This document shows positions 63,618-64,000 of a stretch of 64,000 nt of DNA, one piece after another. Every line of letters starts with the position of its first letter. Position 1 is the first letter of the stretch. This DNA is from Psammoneis japonica. Its lineage: Eukaryota. Position numbers and translations under genes: made by a program. The stretch lies in contig QPGO01000170.1 in NCBI GenBank assembly GCA_008632985.1, positions 1 through 64,000 of the forward strand, written 5' to 3'. Under the pieces are notes generated by a model that was given only the letters and a program-made list of their open reading frames with translations, was not told where the DNA came from and made no database searches.

Positions 63618-64000
63618 CACCCCATTGCGGCTCATTTGCACTTGCAAAACTTCTTGCCTTGCAATGGTTTGGTCATAAAATCCCCGATCATTGCATCTGC
63701 AGGGCAGCATTCAAAGGGCAATCTTGTGTTGAGTGCCCTTGACCATTTGCCAGCACTTCAACAACCATTGGTCTCCAACAAGATTGTGCTCTTGTTGTCC
63801 TGGCACAGCATGTTCTTGACAACAGGAGGTCCTTGGTGTTCCACAAATGGTTTTGTCCCAGGAGCACAGTCGCTGCATTGTCAACTCCAACCAGTTCAGC
63901 TTCTGTGCTGCTTTGTGCATTGAGCTTCTGTCTTCTTGACATGGCTTGCATTGCTCCATCATCCATTGTCGTCACCGCTCCAGTGTGGCTCTTGAAGTTT
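63618..64000 (-). mobile_element. 3' end (RNase H) of a second, distinct Ty1/copia element
   Basis: KSHTG...QKLNAQSSTEAELVGVD, QDNKSTILLETNG, DFMTKPLQG. Confidence 0.9.

Larger units (their letters stand above)
52770..64000. other. Large TpA- and CpG-depleted transposon-relic block
   Basis: Near absence of TA, low CG; contains copia relics, a MITE end and tandem duplications. Confidence 0.88.

Noticed and set aside
57800..63620. LTR pair for the copia element
   Set aside because: I could not match direct repeats at the two ends by eye, so no LTR coordinates are claimed.
25560..64000. Classical RIP or simple CpG methylation decay as the full explanation
   Set aside because: RIP increases TpA and CpG decay does not consume TpA; only the CpG component fits methylation.

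Overview
Eukaryotic genomic DNA, most likely a diatom (inferred from short GT-AG introns, helicase-associated repeats and CoDi-like Ty1/copia relics). The window alternates between two compartments. Ordinary gene islands hold two paralogous coiled-coil proteins sharing an unrecognised C-terminal domain, a BTB protein, a bZIP factor, a Cu(I) P1B-ATPase, a 3-hydroxyacyl-CoA-dehydrogenase-like enzyme, a Pro/Thr-rich membrane protein, a sulfotransferase-like protein, PP1 and BUB1. The other compartment is a set of sharply bounded blocks (about 1-3.2, 15.7-17.5, 25.6-38.7, 40.5-41.8, 48.9-50.8 and 52.8-64 kb) of transposon and repeat relics almost devoid of the dinucleotide TpA. The main finding is that aligned repeat copies and conserved protein motifs show directional TpA->TpG/CpA change (A:T->G:C, the opposite of fungal RIP) on top of ordinary CpG decay. 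The change fades near block edges and tends to spare TAGA/TCTA and TTA/TAA contexts, suggesting a region-targeted hypermutation (genome-defence) process that I do not recognise as described. All counts are by eye. Several host genes carry 1-nt frameshifts, so assembly quality needs checking.
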